Assembly: GCA_044347345.1 (NCBI GenBank)
Contig: JBIKUX010000012.1
Span: forward strand, 15,730-79,729
Reading direction: 5' to 3'
DNA from: Bdellovibrionota bacterium
GTDB lineage: Bacteria; Bdellovibrionota_C; UBA2361; JBIKUX01
Length of the DNA stretch: 64,000 bases
The first letter of the stretch is position 1. Each line of letters opens with the position of its first letter. Both the position numbers and the translations under genes were made by a program. Below are positions 31,101 to 40,413 of the stretch, one piece after another. The notes below the pieces were generated by a model, which saw nothing but the letters and a program-made list of their open reading frames with translations, was not told the origin of the DNA and did not search any database.

Positions 31101-31270
31101 AGAACTATCACAACATACTGACTAGCCTTAGTCTGGCTCCCCGGGCAGGACTCGCAGTATTTTTTCTGGTTCGAGTCCTCTTTTTCGAGGCCTCCTTAAT
31201 TTGCTTAATTTAAGCCAGAATTATCACAACATATTATCTAGCCTTAATCTGGCTCCCCGGGCAGGACTCG
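31101..31270. repeat. 54-bp direct repeat (49/54 identical) containing the 3' 21 nt of tRNA-Asn
   Basis: Copies at 31101-31154 and 31217-31270, period 116 bp; last 23 bp identical. Confidence 0.92.
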
Positions 31271-31325
31271 AACCTGCGACAGGGTGGTTAACAGCCACCT
31301 GCTCTACCAACTGAGCTACCGAGGA
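31250..31325 (-). tRNA. tRNA-Asn (GTT)
   Basis: TCCTCGG-TAGCTCAGTTGGTAGAGC-AGGTGG-CTGTTAA-CCACC-CTGTC-GCAGGTTCGAGTCCTGC-CCGGGGA-GCCA; 76-nt cloverleaf with encoded CCA. Confidence 0.98.
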
Positions 31326-31343
31326 ATGTTGGATTACAGTAAG

Positions 31344-31371
31344 AGGGTACGAAGTTTGGTGAGAAAGTCAA
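31344..31371 (-). promoter_or_regulatory. Possible sigma70 promoter for tRNA-Asn
   Basis: TTGACT-N16-TACCCT just upstream of the tRNA. Confidence 0.4.
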
Positions 31372-31377
31372 GTTATC

Positions 31378-31983
31378 TTACAACAAACTGCGAGCAGAAA
31401 ATGCTCGCGAAAGAGTCAATTCATCCGTAAACTCAAGCTCACCCCCCTTAGGTATACCCTGAGCTAACCTAGAACACTTAATGCCTAACTTAGATATAAT
31501 TCCTCTTACATACAATGCAGTTGCATCTCCCTCAATCGTTGCACTCGTTGCCAAAATGACTTCCTCAACTCCACCACCTTCTAAAAGACGCTTAGATAAC
31601 TCCTCAATCGTAAGATCAGTGGTACTCATACCACCTAAAGGTGACCATACCCCACGCAATACATGATATATTCCCCCAAACTCACCAATCCTCTCTATAG
31701 CAATCACATCAGCAGCTTTCTCAACAACACAAAGAACCGAAGAATCACGAGTAGAATCAGAGCATATCGAACAAATAGAGCCGGTAGCTAATGAATAACA
31801 TCGACTACACTCAGAAATCTGACTGAGAGCATCCTCAATAGCCTTAGAAAGTAAATGTGCCCCTTCACGATCTTTACTTACAAGATGATAAGCAAGACGA
31901 CTTGCAGATTTTTCACCAATTGCAGGAAGGCGAGTAAAAACTCGCACTAAACGCTCTAAAGGTGGTGGCAATAAAGAGCGCAT
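31378..31983 (-). CDS. recR: Recombination mediator RecR
   Basis: LPAIGEKSA.RLA, C4 zinc finger, CVVE, YHVL, TIEGDATA.Y, GGELEF.D. Confidence 0.96.
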   Translation of the reverse strand: MRSLLPPPLERLVRVFTRLPAIGEKSASRLAYHLVSKDREGAHLLSKAIEDALSQISECSRCYSLATGSICSICSDSTRDSSVLCVVEKAADVIAIERIGEFGGIYHVLRGVWSPLGGMSTTDLTIEELSKRLLEGGGVEEVILATSATIEGDATALYVRGIISKLGIKCSRLAQGIPKGGELEFTDELTLSRAFSARSLL

Positions 31984-31995
31984 ATAAAATATTAC

Positions 31996-32334
31996 TTAAA
32001 ATAATCCTGGGATAGAAATTCCTCCCGTTACTTTACTCATTTCAGTCTGAGCATGCTCATGAACCTTCATAGTTGCCTCATTAAAAGCAGCAGCAATCAT
32101 ATCCTGTAGCATCTCAACATCCTCAGGATCTACTACTTGCTTCTCTATCGTTAATGATACAACCCTGTACCGTCCATCAAGTACAACTTTAACCATTCCG
32201 CCACCAGACTGAGCCTCCACAGTGTAAGATTCAAGTAATGCCTGAGTCTTTGCTATATCCTCTTGCATTTTCTTTGCTTGCTGCACCAATGCTTGAAGAT
32301 TCTGCGGATTGCCACCAGTAAATCCCTTTGCCAT
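31996..32334 (-). CDS. ybaB: YbaB/EbfC nucleoid-associated protein
   Basis: SGGGMVKV, DPEDVEMLQDMIAAA.N; lies between dnaX and recR. Confidence 0.95.
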   Translation of the reverse strand: MAKGFTGGNPQNLQALVQQAKKMQEDIAKTQALLESYTVEAQSGGGMVKVVLDGRYRVVSLTIEKQVVDPEDVEMLQDMIAAAFNEATMKVHEHAQTEMSKVTGGISIPGLF

Positions 32335-32358
32335 AAGTTCCCCCACCTAATTAAAACA

Positions 32359-33966
32359 TTATTCACCCTCAATACTGCTGCCAGGAAATACCTTTTGCAA
32401 CTCTCGAAATAAAGGATGATTCGTTGCTATTTCTCGCTCACGTCGTAATTTTTCAGTATTCTGTTTTCTCTCTTGACCATAGATAGATTCTTCTAGTACA
32501 CCGTCCACAACTTCAAAAGAAAAACGCCAATTTATGCCTGGAAAATTTTGAGACAGAACATCTGTGAATTGCTGAAGAACCGCTGGTCTATTAAGAGACT
32601 TTATATTGAACTCAGGCCCCTTAAAAAGAAGATCGCCCACATTACCTGAACAGACAATCAAAACTCTACGTAAATTTTCCATTAAGATAGGTGACACAGA
32701 TCGTTCAAAAATTTTAATTAATTCAACCGCTTCTGGCATAGCAAATATACCATCTCGCTGATTCTGTTCCTCAACATTACTTTGCACTGAAGAAAAAGGC
32801 TTATGTACCAATTCATCCGATTTATGAGATTGAAGTGTGCTATTGGAAACAGAATGTACTAAAGATAAAAAATCCTCAGTTGGTTCCCTTGTAGCCATTC
32901 TAATAATAAGTGCATCAATAGCTACATCAGGAGAAAAGCTTCTCAGGGCATCATCTCCTCCCCTTCTTGCTATATCGCAAAGATCTTGAATATCAATCAA
33001 TAAAAATTGATCAAGTAGCCCATCATCAATAAGATGATTAACACCCCTTTTACTAGCTCCCACTTTATAACAAAGAAGATCACGCCAATATTGAACGAAC
33101 TCACGACAAAACAGCGCATAATCGTAAATATGAGCCTCGTCACGAATCCCCAAAGCTACATCTGGCTTACGCTCAAGAATCGCTCGAGCCAAATTAGATA
33201 ACATATTTCGAGAGACTGTACCCAGTACTACACTAACTGTTTGTTCAGTTATCTGTCCATCAGCATACGCTACAACACGCTCTAAAAGAGACTGTGCATC
33301 ACGAAGAGATCCACCTGAAGAACGCGCAAGCGTCGCTAAAACACCATCATCTAGGGATAGATTCTCTCTATTCGATATTAACTGTAGATTTTGTATAATT
33401 TCATGTTCAGAAAGAGAGCGAAGATCAAAACGCTGACAACGCGAAAGTACAGTTTCAGGAATTTTTTGTAGTTCAGTGGTAGCCAAAATAAAAATGGTAT
33501 GTGGAGGAGGCTCTTCCAAACTCTTCAGTAATGCATTAAAGGCTGCATTACTGAGCATATGAACTTCATCAATAATGTAAACTTTATAACTATAGCCTGT
33601 TGGTGGTACTGCTCTAAACGTATCTATTAGCTCTCTAATAGTATCAACGCTATTGTGAGATGCACCGTCTATTTCTCGCACTGCCAAACTATTTCCAGCA
33701 GATATTTCACGACATACAAAACATGATTGACATGGATCTGCGTCAACCAACTGAGAACAGTTAAGTGCCTTTGCAAAAATACGCGCTATTGATGTCTTAC
33801 CAGTTCCTCTAAGGCCAGTAAAAATATAAGCATGTCCAACTCTTTTTCTAATTATTGCGTTACGCAAAGTACGCGTTACATGATCTTGTCCAGATACTTC
33901 AGCAAAGGTCTGAGGACGATACCGCCTAGCTACTACCTGATAAGATGAAGCTTCTCGATGCGACAT
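32359..33966 (-). CDS. dnaX: DNA polymerase III subunit gamma/tau
   Basis: YRPQTF, GLRGTGKTS, EIDGAS, IIDEVHML, NALLKSLEEPP, SRC. Confidence 0.97.
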   Translation of the reverse strand: MSHREASSYQVVARRYRPQTFAEVSGQDHVTRTLRNAIIRKRVGHAYIFTGLRGTGKTSIARIFAKALNCSQLVDADPCQSCFVCREISAGNSLAVREIDGASHNSVDTIRELIDTFRAVPPTGYSYKVYIIDEVHMLSNAAFNALLKSLEEPPPHTIFILATTELQKIPETVLSRCQRFDLRSLSEHEIIQNLQLISNRENLSLDDGVLATLARSSGGSLRDAQSLLERVVAYADGQITEQTVSVVLGTVSRNMLSNLARAILERKPDVALGIRDEAHIYDYALFCREFVQYWRDLLCYKVGASKRGVNHLIDDGLLDQFLLIDIQDLCDIARRGGDDALRSFSPDVAIDALIIRMATREPTEDFLSLVHSVSNSTLQSHKSDELVHKPFSSVQSNVEEQNQRDGIFAMPEAVELIKIFERSVSPILMENLRRVLIVCSGNVGDLLFKGPEFNIKSLNRPAVLQQFTDVLSQNFPGINWRFSFEVVDGVLEESIYGQERKQNTEKLRREREIATNHPLFRELQKVFPGSSIEGE

Positions 33967-33997
33967 GAAAAGTAACTAAGTGAAATTAAGAAAAAGC

Positions 33998-34099
33998 GGC
34001 TCCTCCACAACAGCGAAGCGCAAGGATTAACCGCTACGGTTGCTTCCTTCCGAACCTGGCCGAGTTTACGGGTGCCTTCGAACGCTTTGCAGAAGAGCC
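33998..34099 (-). ncRNA. ffs: Small SRP RNA (4.5S)
   Basis: Domain IV CAGGTTCGGAAGGAAGCAACCG, pairing termini GGCTC..GAGCC, located upstream of dnaX. Confidence 0.92.
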
Positions 34100-34292
34100 A
34101 CATCCCTAACTATAAAACGCTTCAGCCCAACTTACCAGCAAAAGAACCCTTGAAATTTAATATTAATTTTTTTCATCAGTGAGCGCACAATTCTAGTTTG
34201 TCTGCCTAGTTTTTTTGCCTCAGTGTAGTGGTATTTTTGCTACATCTAGAGTTCAGATAACCAAAAAATCAATGATTTCAATATCAAATCTC

Positions 34293-34308
34293 TGGTACAC
34301 CTTATGCT
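34293..34308 (+). promoter_or_regulatory. sigma54 (-24/-12) promoter
   Basis: TGGTACACCTTATGCT = GG-N10-GC; IHF-like AATCAATGATTTC just upstream. Confidence 0.65.
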
Positions 34309-34346
34309 TACAGTCCTACAGCTTAATAGTTTAGAGGACTTTTTCA

Positions 34347-34739
34347 ATGAAACTTTCAGTACCCATGCTACGATTCATCAGTAAGCAAGCCGTAAACGGA
34401 AATATTTATTATGCCCTTGCAACACTAAATGAATATTCCGGCGAAAATACCGCTCTACGTGCTGCTTTAATTAAAGGTTATAATAGAGGTAAACAAAATT
34501 ACCCAGCGGATGAAACTCTAGCTTATCTAGCTTCCGGAGCTAAGGCCTCTGAACTTTCTAAACCTCTGCCATCTATCAAATCCATTAAATCTCCATCACC
34601 TAAAGGGTATTTTTTAAAATACCTACCGGTTTACAAAAATTACCCCCTCAGGCAACAACTGAAAAATAAACGAAGGCCTTCTGTTCGCAGACAATCAAAA
34701 AGTAATCAGTCGTTCTCAAGAATTAAGACTGATTATTAA
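34347..34739 (+). CDS. Small basic hypothetical protein
   Basis: 130 aa; GAGGA RBS; downstream of the sigma54-like promoter. Confidence 0.6.
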   Translation: MKLSVPMLRFISKQAVNGNIYYALATLNEYSGENTALRAALIKGYNRGKQNYPADETLAYLASGAKASELSKPLPSIKSIKSPSPKGYFLKYLPVYKNYPLRQQLKNKRRPSVRRQSKSNQSFSRIKTDY

Positions 34740-36522
34740 GCAACTGAGTAAACGATGAGTCTTGTTTCAATTCAATAAGTCTCAAATAAGCAGATTTTAA
34801 TTTCATAAAATCATCACTCGCTCTTTTATTGTGATCCTCTTGATTTAAGTCAGGATGAAGAGATTTAACAAGATTTCTATAAGCTGATTTTATATCAGCA
34901 AGACTTGAACCTTTATCCAACCGTAAGATTGAAAGACATTCATAATACTCATCAATACGCGGATCTCTAAACTTTGGTACATTAGTAAGACTTGTAAATC
35001 GCTTTCTCAAATCCTCAACTTCTGTGATATTTTCATCAATATTTTTACCACTCATACTAAAGTCTTGACGAGCTGAACCGGAGAACCGTATTCGCCAAAA
35101 AAGAAGAATAATTCCAAAAATAAAGATGGATAGTCCGATAATCGTTCCGAATAAAGGAGCAATATAATAAAAGTAGGCAATCTTAGATTTTATTCTAAGA
35201 TAAAAAGGTAGAGTAGCAGCTATACGCGCTCTCTCTTCTGGCAATATGTTCAGCTCATAAGATTTTTTAATGAATTCATACTGAAGAGCTGATTTAACCG
35301 ATAATGAATAAGGCTCTAAAGCCGAAAGGAATGTCCAATATGGGCCTAATTCTTTTAATTCACCTTTTTCAATAGATACCAAAATACTCGCACGAATTAA
35401 CGAAAGAGTAGCTTGTTTAATTTCTAAGTCATCCTTTGCATATGTGCTAAGTAATTGAAAAACTCTCGGGCGTATGGTCACGTTAGGCTCTTTATTCTCA
35501 GCCTCTGTGAGAACCTTAAGAAGTGCTTCACGAACAACTGGAGTCCGTCTTTCAAACGGAAATTCTGCAATTAATCCTAAAGCCTCTCCAAAATTTTGAT
35601 TCTCAACAAGTTTGCTAGACAACTCAGCTAAAGGCTGTGAAAATAACCGACCGAACTCAACATGATTACCAAATCTATCTTCAGCAAATTTTAAAAGTAA
35701 TCTAAATCGCTGATAAGCATCCTGAGTATTTACAATTTGTTTAATAGTCTTTCGAACCTCACCTAAAACTTCATCAAAAACTGGCCTTTCTACGAATTGT
35801 AAATAATTATCTATAGAACTTCCTTGACCAGAGAGAATACTCTGTATCAATAGTTCAAACAGAGAATCTGCTGCATTAGTCTTTCCAAGCTGCTCAACAA
35901 CTCTATTTTCTACAGATAAAAACTTAGCTCGACTGTCTTCTCCGGTGCCCGTAGATACTAAAGATAGGTCGTGTACATCCCTTACCTCCAAAGCCGCCTT
36001 CATATAAGCAACTCCATGTACCGAAGACAAAGGCTGAGTACGAACATATCCACTCAGAAGTAAACGTCCATAAGGCTCAATTTTTAGTAATTCTTCCAAA
36101 ACTTCCCGAAAAGTATCAGACTCTCCTTCAAGTAATATTGACAAAGTATAAAGAGGGAAAAGAGCAATATCCCATCTGCCATTCCGCGTCGCTTGCATAA
36201 CAAATCGACGCAAATCGTGATGATTAAAACGCACTAAACTCCGCTTACTTAGTTCAGAGGATCTAAAATAATGCTCAACTATTACCCGATCTACATGACG
36301 ATCTGGAACAACTACCGATTTTTCCTCAAGCACTACTTCTGTAAGCCCACCAGAAATTTGACGAATAGAATCAACAAAAAAAGTTAAGCCAAATATCTGG
36401 CGCTCATCAGCATGAACCACACTTCCTAATAAAGAAGAAAAAATAAATCCAATTATCAAAAAGGAACATACATACTGGCGAATGGATCGCCATTTATCGA
36501 TTAAATTAAACTTATCTATCAT
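34723..36522 (-). CDS. Membrane protein with C-terminal J (DnaJ) domain
   Basis: Signal-like N-terminus (..VHA), large helical region, one TM, then IKSAYRNLVKSLHPD..F.KLKSAY. Confidence 0.82.
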   Translation of the reverse strand: MIDKFNLIDKWRSIRQYVCSFLIIGFIFSSLLGSVVHADERQIFGLTFFVDSIRQISGGLTEVVLEEKSVVVPDRHVDRVIVEHYFRSSELSKRSLVRFNHHDLRRFVMQATRNGRWDIALFPLYTLSILLEGESDTFREVLEELLKIEPYGRLLLSGYVRTQPLSSVHGVAYMKAALEVRDVHDLSLVSTGTGEDSRAKFLSVENRVVEQLGKTNAADSLFELLIQSILSGQGSSIDNYLQFVERPVFDEVLGEVRKTIKQIVNTQDAYQRFRLLLKFAEDRFGNHVEFGRLFSQPLAELSSKLVENQNFGEALGLIAEFPFERRTPVVREALLKVLTEAENKEPNVTIRPRVFQLLSTYAKDDLEIKQATLSLIRASILVSIEKGELKELGPYWTFLSALEPYSLSVKSALQYEFIKKSYELNILPEERARIAATLPFYLRIKSKIAYFYYIAPLFGTIIGLSIFIFGIILLFWRIRFSGSARQDFSMSGKNIDENITEVEDLRKRFTSLTNVPKFRDPRIDEYYECLSILRLDKGSSLADIKSAYRNLVKSLHPDLNQEDHNKRASDDFMKLKSAYLRLIELKQDSSFTQLLNNQS

Positions 36523-36551
36523 CGTAAGGATAACTACAAGAATGATACCAA

Positions 36552-37571
36552 TTATAAAGACGGTACCGTAGCTGCTATCTGTAACTGTGGTAAGTAGTCA
36601 TCACTTATCCCATCTCCTTCAAAATTAACTAATGAGCGCAGAGGTTCACGTAGTTCATTTCGATCAAGTTTGACTTTAAGTTCATATTGTCGCCCTTTTA
36701 TTTTTTCTACTAACTCCACAGCAACAAGAGGCGAAGAAGATTTGGCTCGAAGTACGGAGATAACACGCTCACCAAGCACAGAAACCTTTATAGTTTCTTC
36801 GATTTGAGAGAGGCCAAAATTAACTCTTTGCTTACTGAAGCTTAATAAAGGTTTTACTACTAAGTATACTGGTACTATATCTGTCAGCTTTTCGCCATTA
36901 GCTAATTCAGAAATGATAAACAATCGATCTCTAATCTCTCCTATAGGCAGAACCTCAAAAGGAGCTATCTTTATAATCCAATGGTTGGTCTTATTTTGAC
37001 CTTTTGTAATATTAACTACTCGTAACTTACTTCCAGAAAACTGAGCTTTAATAGCGCTAATTGCAGAACTTTCTATAACTAAATCTCGTGAAAATTTTTC
37101 GGATTCTGAAACGACAATTTCTGGAACATGGATAATTTCCGGAGCAATTCCAATCAATTTTTCTACTATAAAATTTACCGGAACTGATACGAAGGGTTGT
37201 GATGGATGAGAAGAAAAAAGTCGTATAATTTGATCAACTGAACCTTTATATCCCTCGGTAATAATCTTCATCAAAACTTTAGCTGTCGATGATGGAGCCA
37301 CTTCTAATGGCAGAGCAGTTTGCAACTCACAACCACATCCTCCTACTATCTGATGAATAGTTACTGGAACGGTAAGAGGATTGCGCACCGTGAGCGTTAC
37401 TGTAGGATTACTCTTATCTTTAATAACTCCAAGAACAATCCTATCTGGTGATACCTCTAAAGATTTAGGATCACTCTCAGCAATAACTGAAAAAGTAGGC
37501 CAAGCTACAAAAACAAAAAAAAGTACCAATCTAAAAACATTTCCGTATCCAAAAATACAGCCATTAACCAT
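36552..37571 (-). CDS. DUF1573-like exported Ig-fold protein
   Basis: Signal peptide, N....PV.I..I.GGCGC, repeated beta domains. Confidence 0.7.
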   Translation of the reverse strand: MVNGCIFGYGNVFRLVLFFVFVAWPTFSVIAESDPKSLEVSPDRIVLGVIKDKSNPTVTLTVRNPLTVPVTIHQIVGGCGCELQTALPLEVAPSSTAKVLMKIITEGYKGSVDQIIRLFSSHPSQPFVSVPVNFIVEKLIGIAPEIIHVPEIVVSESEKFSRDLVIESSAISAIKAQFSGSKLRVVNITKGQNKTNHWIIKIAPFEVLPIGEIRDRLFIISELANGEKLTDIVPVYLVVKPLLSFSKQRVNFGLSQIEETIKVSVLGERVISVLRAKSSSPLVAVELVEKIKGRQYELKVKLDRNELREPLRSLVNFEGDGISDDYLPQLQIAATVPSL

Positions 37572-38955
37572 GAACCACCGCTGCCGACTCTATAATTGGC
37601 TCAAAAAGAGAGACTGTATCGAGAAATTTAGTATGAATATCTCCTTCAACAAAGCGGGGATGAGAAAGAATACGCCGATGAAGGTCTGCATTCGTCTCAA
37701 TACCCTCAACTATAAACTCATCGAGCGCCACTAAGGCTTTTTTAATACACTCCTCTCGCGTCGGAGCGTGCGCAATCAACTTAGCAATAAGTGAATCATA
37801 ATGCGGCTGAACTCGATATCCACTATAAAGTGCTGAATCCACCCTCACCCCGTTACCACCAGGAGGATGATACCCTTCAACTAATCCCGGGGAAGGAAGC
37901 AAAGTACGAGGATCTTCTGCATTTATGCGAACTTCTAAGGCATGTCCACGACAAACAATGTCGGACTGAGCCATCTCAATGGAAGCACCTCCCGCTATCG
38001 AAATCTGAAGCTTAACAAGATCAAGACCTGTAACCATCTCAGTAACAGGATGTTCGACTTGTAAACGGGTATTCATCTCAATAAAATAAAATTTCTCAGC
38101 CTCAAGATCAGCAAGAAATTCCACTGTACCAACACTCGTATAATGCACAGACTTGGCGAGCTCTACTGCTGCATCCTCAATACCGCTTTGCAGCAATGGC
38201 GGTAACTTAAAAGAAGGAGCTTCTTCAATAATCTTTTGATACCTTCTCTGCACGGAACAATCTCTGATACCAGCATGCAGCACATTCTGATACTGATCGC
38301 CAAATATCTGAACTTCAATATGCCGAACTTTTGGCAAGAATTTTTCAACTATAAGAGATGGATCACCAAATGCAGCCTCTACCTCACGTTGAGCTGTTGC
38401 AAAAAGTTGGGCAAAATCCTCCTCTTTTTCAACAATCTTCATTCCGCGTCCACCACCTCCAGCACAAGCTTTTAGTAGGACAGGGAACCCGGTAGATTTT
38501 GCTATACTCAATCCATCTTGTACCTGTAGCAACCCTCGACTATTTCCAGCTATCGTCGGCACACCTATCTTTTCAGCGGCTCTTCTAGCTCGAGCCTTAT
38601 CCCCCATCACTCGCATATTACGAACTGTGGGGCCAATAAAAGTAATGCCACAACTTCCACAAATTTCGGCAAAGGATGCATTCTCACTAAGAAATCCATA
38701 ACCTGGATGAATAGCATCAGCTCGAGTTGCAATAGCGGCCGCCATTATTGAAGCGATATTCAGATAACTATCCTTAGCAGATGCAGGGCCAATACAAACA
38801 CTTTCTGATGCGAGCTTAACATGAAGAGCATCTCGGTCGACTGTTGAATGTACAGCCACAGTGCGGATACCCAGCTCATGACAGGCACGTATGATACGAA
38901 CAGCTATCTCACCACGATTAGCAATTAGTATTTTTCGAAAAGGGAGATTATCCAT
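37564..38955 (-). CDS. accC: Biotin carboxylase
   Basis: ILIANRGEIA, HPGYGFLSEN, GGGGRGM, EMNTRLQVEH, RINAED. Confidence 0.97.
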   Translation of the reverse strand: MDNLPFRKILIANRGEIAVRIIRACHELGIRTVAVHSTVDRDALHVKLASESVCIGPASAKDSYLNIASIMAAAIATRADAIHPGYGFLSENASFAEICGSCGITFIGPTVRNMRVMGDKARARRAAEKIGVPTIAGNSRGLLQVQDGLSIAKSTGFPVLLKACAGGGGRGMKIVEKEEDFAQLFATAQREVEAAFGDPSLIVEKFLPKVRHIEVQIFGDQYQNVLHAGIRDCSVQRRYQKIIEEAPSFKLPPLLQSGIEDAAVELAKSVHYTSVGTVEFLADLEAEKFYFIEMNTRLQVEHPVTEMVTGLDLVKLQISIAGGASIEMAQSDIVCRGHALEVRINAEDPRTLLPSPGLVEGYHPPGGNGVRVDSALYSGYRVQPHYDSLIAKLIAHAPTREECIKKALVALDEFIVEGIETNADLHRRILSHPRFVEGDIHTKFLDTVSLFEPIIESAAVVHG

Positions 38956-38975
38956 ATCCTAGCTAAAAAGAACCT

Positions 38976-39506
38976 TTACACCTCAGGACGAATATAAAGA
39001 AGTACTTCACCATACTCTACAACCTGACCGTCTCCTAATAGGACTTTCTCAATTCGCCCACTACATGGCGATTCAATTTCATTCATAAGCTTCATAGCCT
39101 CAATTATACAGAGCGTTGCTCCTTTTCGAACAGAGTCTCCTTCTTTAACAAATGGCTCAGCATCAGGAGACGGTCGCCGGTAAAATGTCCCTACTATTGG
39201 AGACTCCACTTTAACTAATGAAGCAGTATCGTCGTTCTCCGCCACCTTTGACGAAAGTGCCGGAGGTAACTCACTACTCGATACATCCAAACTGACGGCC
39301 GTTGATACTGCTGAAGGAATATATTGAGGATTAGCGGGAACAAATCCATGTGGCAACTGATAACTAATTGGCGCAACGGAATGACTATGAGCAACTTGGC
39401 CTCCTCGAACAAGCCTTAGACGTACACCGTCTCGCTCAAGTTCAAACTCCTGCAACCCACTATCCTTAAATACCTGTACAAGACTAGTAATATCAGCTAT
39501 TTCCAT
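38976..39506 (-). CDS. accB: Biotin carboxyl carrier protein
   Basis: SPIVGTFYR, IIEAMKLMNEIE; start MEIAD at 39506 preferred. Confidence 0.97.
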   Translation of the reverse strand: MEIADITSLVQVFKDSGLQEFELERDGVRLRLVRGGQVAHSHSVAPISYQLPHGFVPANPQYIPSAVSTAVSLDVSSSELPPALSSKVAENDDTASLVKVESPIVGTFYRRPSPDAEPFVKEGDSVRKGATLCIIEAMKLMNEIESPCSGRIEKVLLGDGQVVEYGEVLLYIRPEV

Positions 39507-39834
39507 GCACTTTTTCTCATTAATGCCTGAGCAATATTCTAAAAATTTGTAAAGCTTCGACATTTTACAAATTAAAGCTACCGCTCAAACTACTCAGAAT
39601 TATCAAATCAGTTCATTATGAATTTATCCAAAACGCAAGCTTAACCGCTTACTCTGTAATGGTGAAAACCTTAGACCAATACGATACTTACTAATTACAA
39701 TATTGACTACGATACCTGTATTAATGAGCTTCGTCGACCAAAACCTCTAACATCTTTGCAAATCAGGCAAACATAAATAAAAAAATAATAATGTTTTAAA
39801 TCAAACTAGATTATTACTTTTTTAATAGATACAG

Positions 39835-40413
39835 TTACAGAAGGTCATCCAAATCAATCTCAGTTTCTGCAACCACTGTACTTACAGCCACTTTACTTGG
39901 TAGTAAGTATTCCTCATCTTTCTTACTTGGATTTTTTGCATCTACGGCAGCCACTAGCTTTGTGGCTGTGCTTGAGGAATCGGTTTCATCGCACTTATTA
40001 TCTGCAATAGAATCCTCTAACAAGCTATTGTTGATGTCACATTCTTTGTCGCTGACCCCTAAAGCTTTAAGTAGCTTGCGTACCACATCACTTTCAGGAA
40101 ATGTGCTTCTTAGAGCTAACACTTCCCTTATAGCAAATGGAAAATACTCTTCATCGTAGTAAATCCATGCAAGCACCAAACGCCCACGATGAGCGGCTGG
40201 GTTAGACGAAAGCCCTCGGTAACATATACTTCTAGCCTCTTCAAATTTCTTCCTTTTGCGAAGCGATTGAGCCAAATCAGCAAATGTGGGGTCTCCAGGG
40301 TCTTGCTTAAGACGTGCCCTAATTGCATTTTCATCAAGCTCGGCTGAAGCAGCCTGAGTCACGCCTTTTTTTAGATCGAGACTCTCATCATCACCGATAT
40401 CTACCCGCCGCAT
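39835..40413 (-). CDS. TPR-containing protein
   Basis: FADLA..LR....EEA..IC..GL..NP....GRLVLA.IY. Confidence 0.7.
   Translation of the reverse strand: MRRVDIGDDESLDLKKGVTQAASAELDENAIRARLKQDPGDPTFADLAQSLRKRKKFEEARSICYRGLSSNPAAHRGRLVLAWIYYDEEYFPFAIREVLALRSTFPESDVVRKLLKALGVSDKECDINNSLLEDSIADNKCDETDSSSTATKLVAAVDAKNPSKKDEEYLLPSKVAVSTVVAETEIDLDDLL

Noticed and set aside
31101-31270. CRISPR array or second tRNA
   Set aside because: Only two copies, derived from the tRNA 3' end; no cas genes; the duplicate lacks D and anticodon arms.
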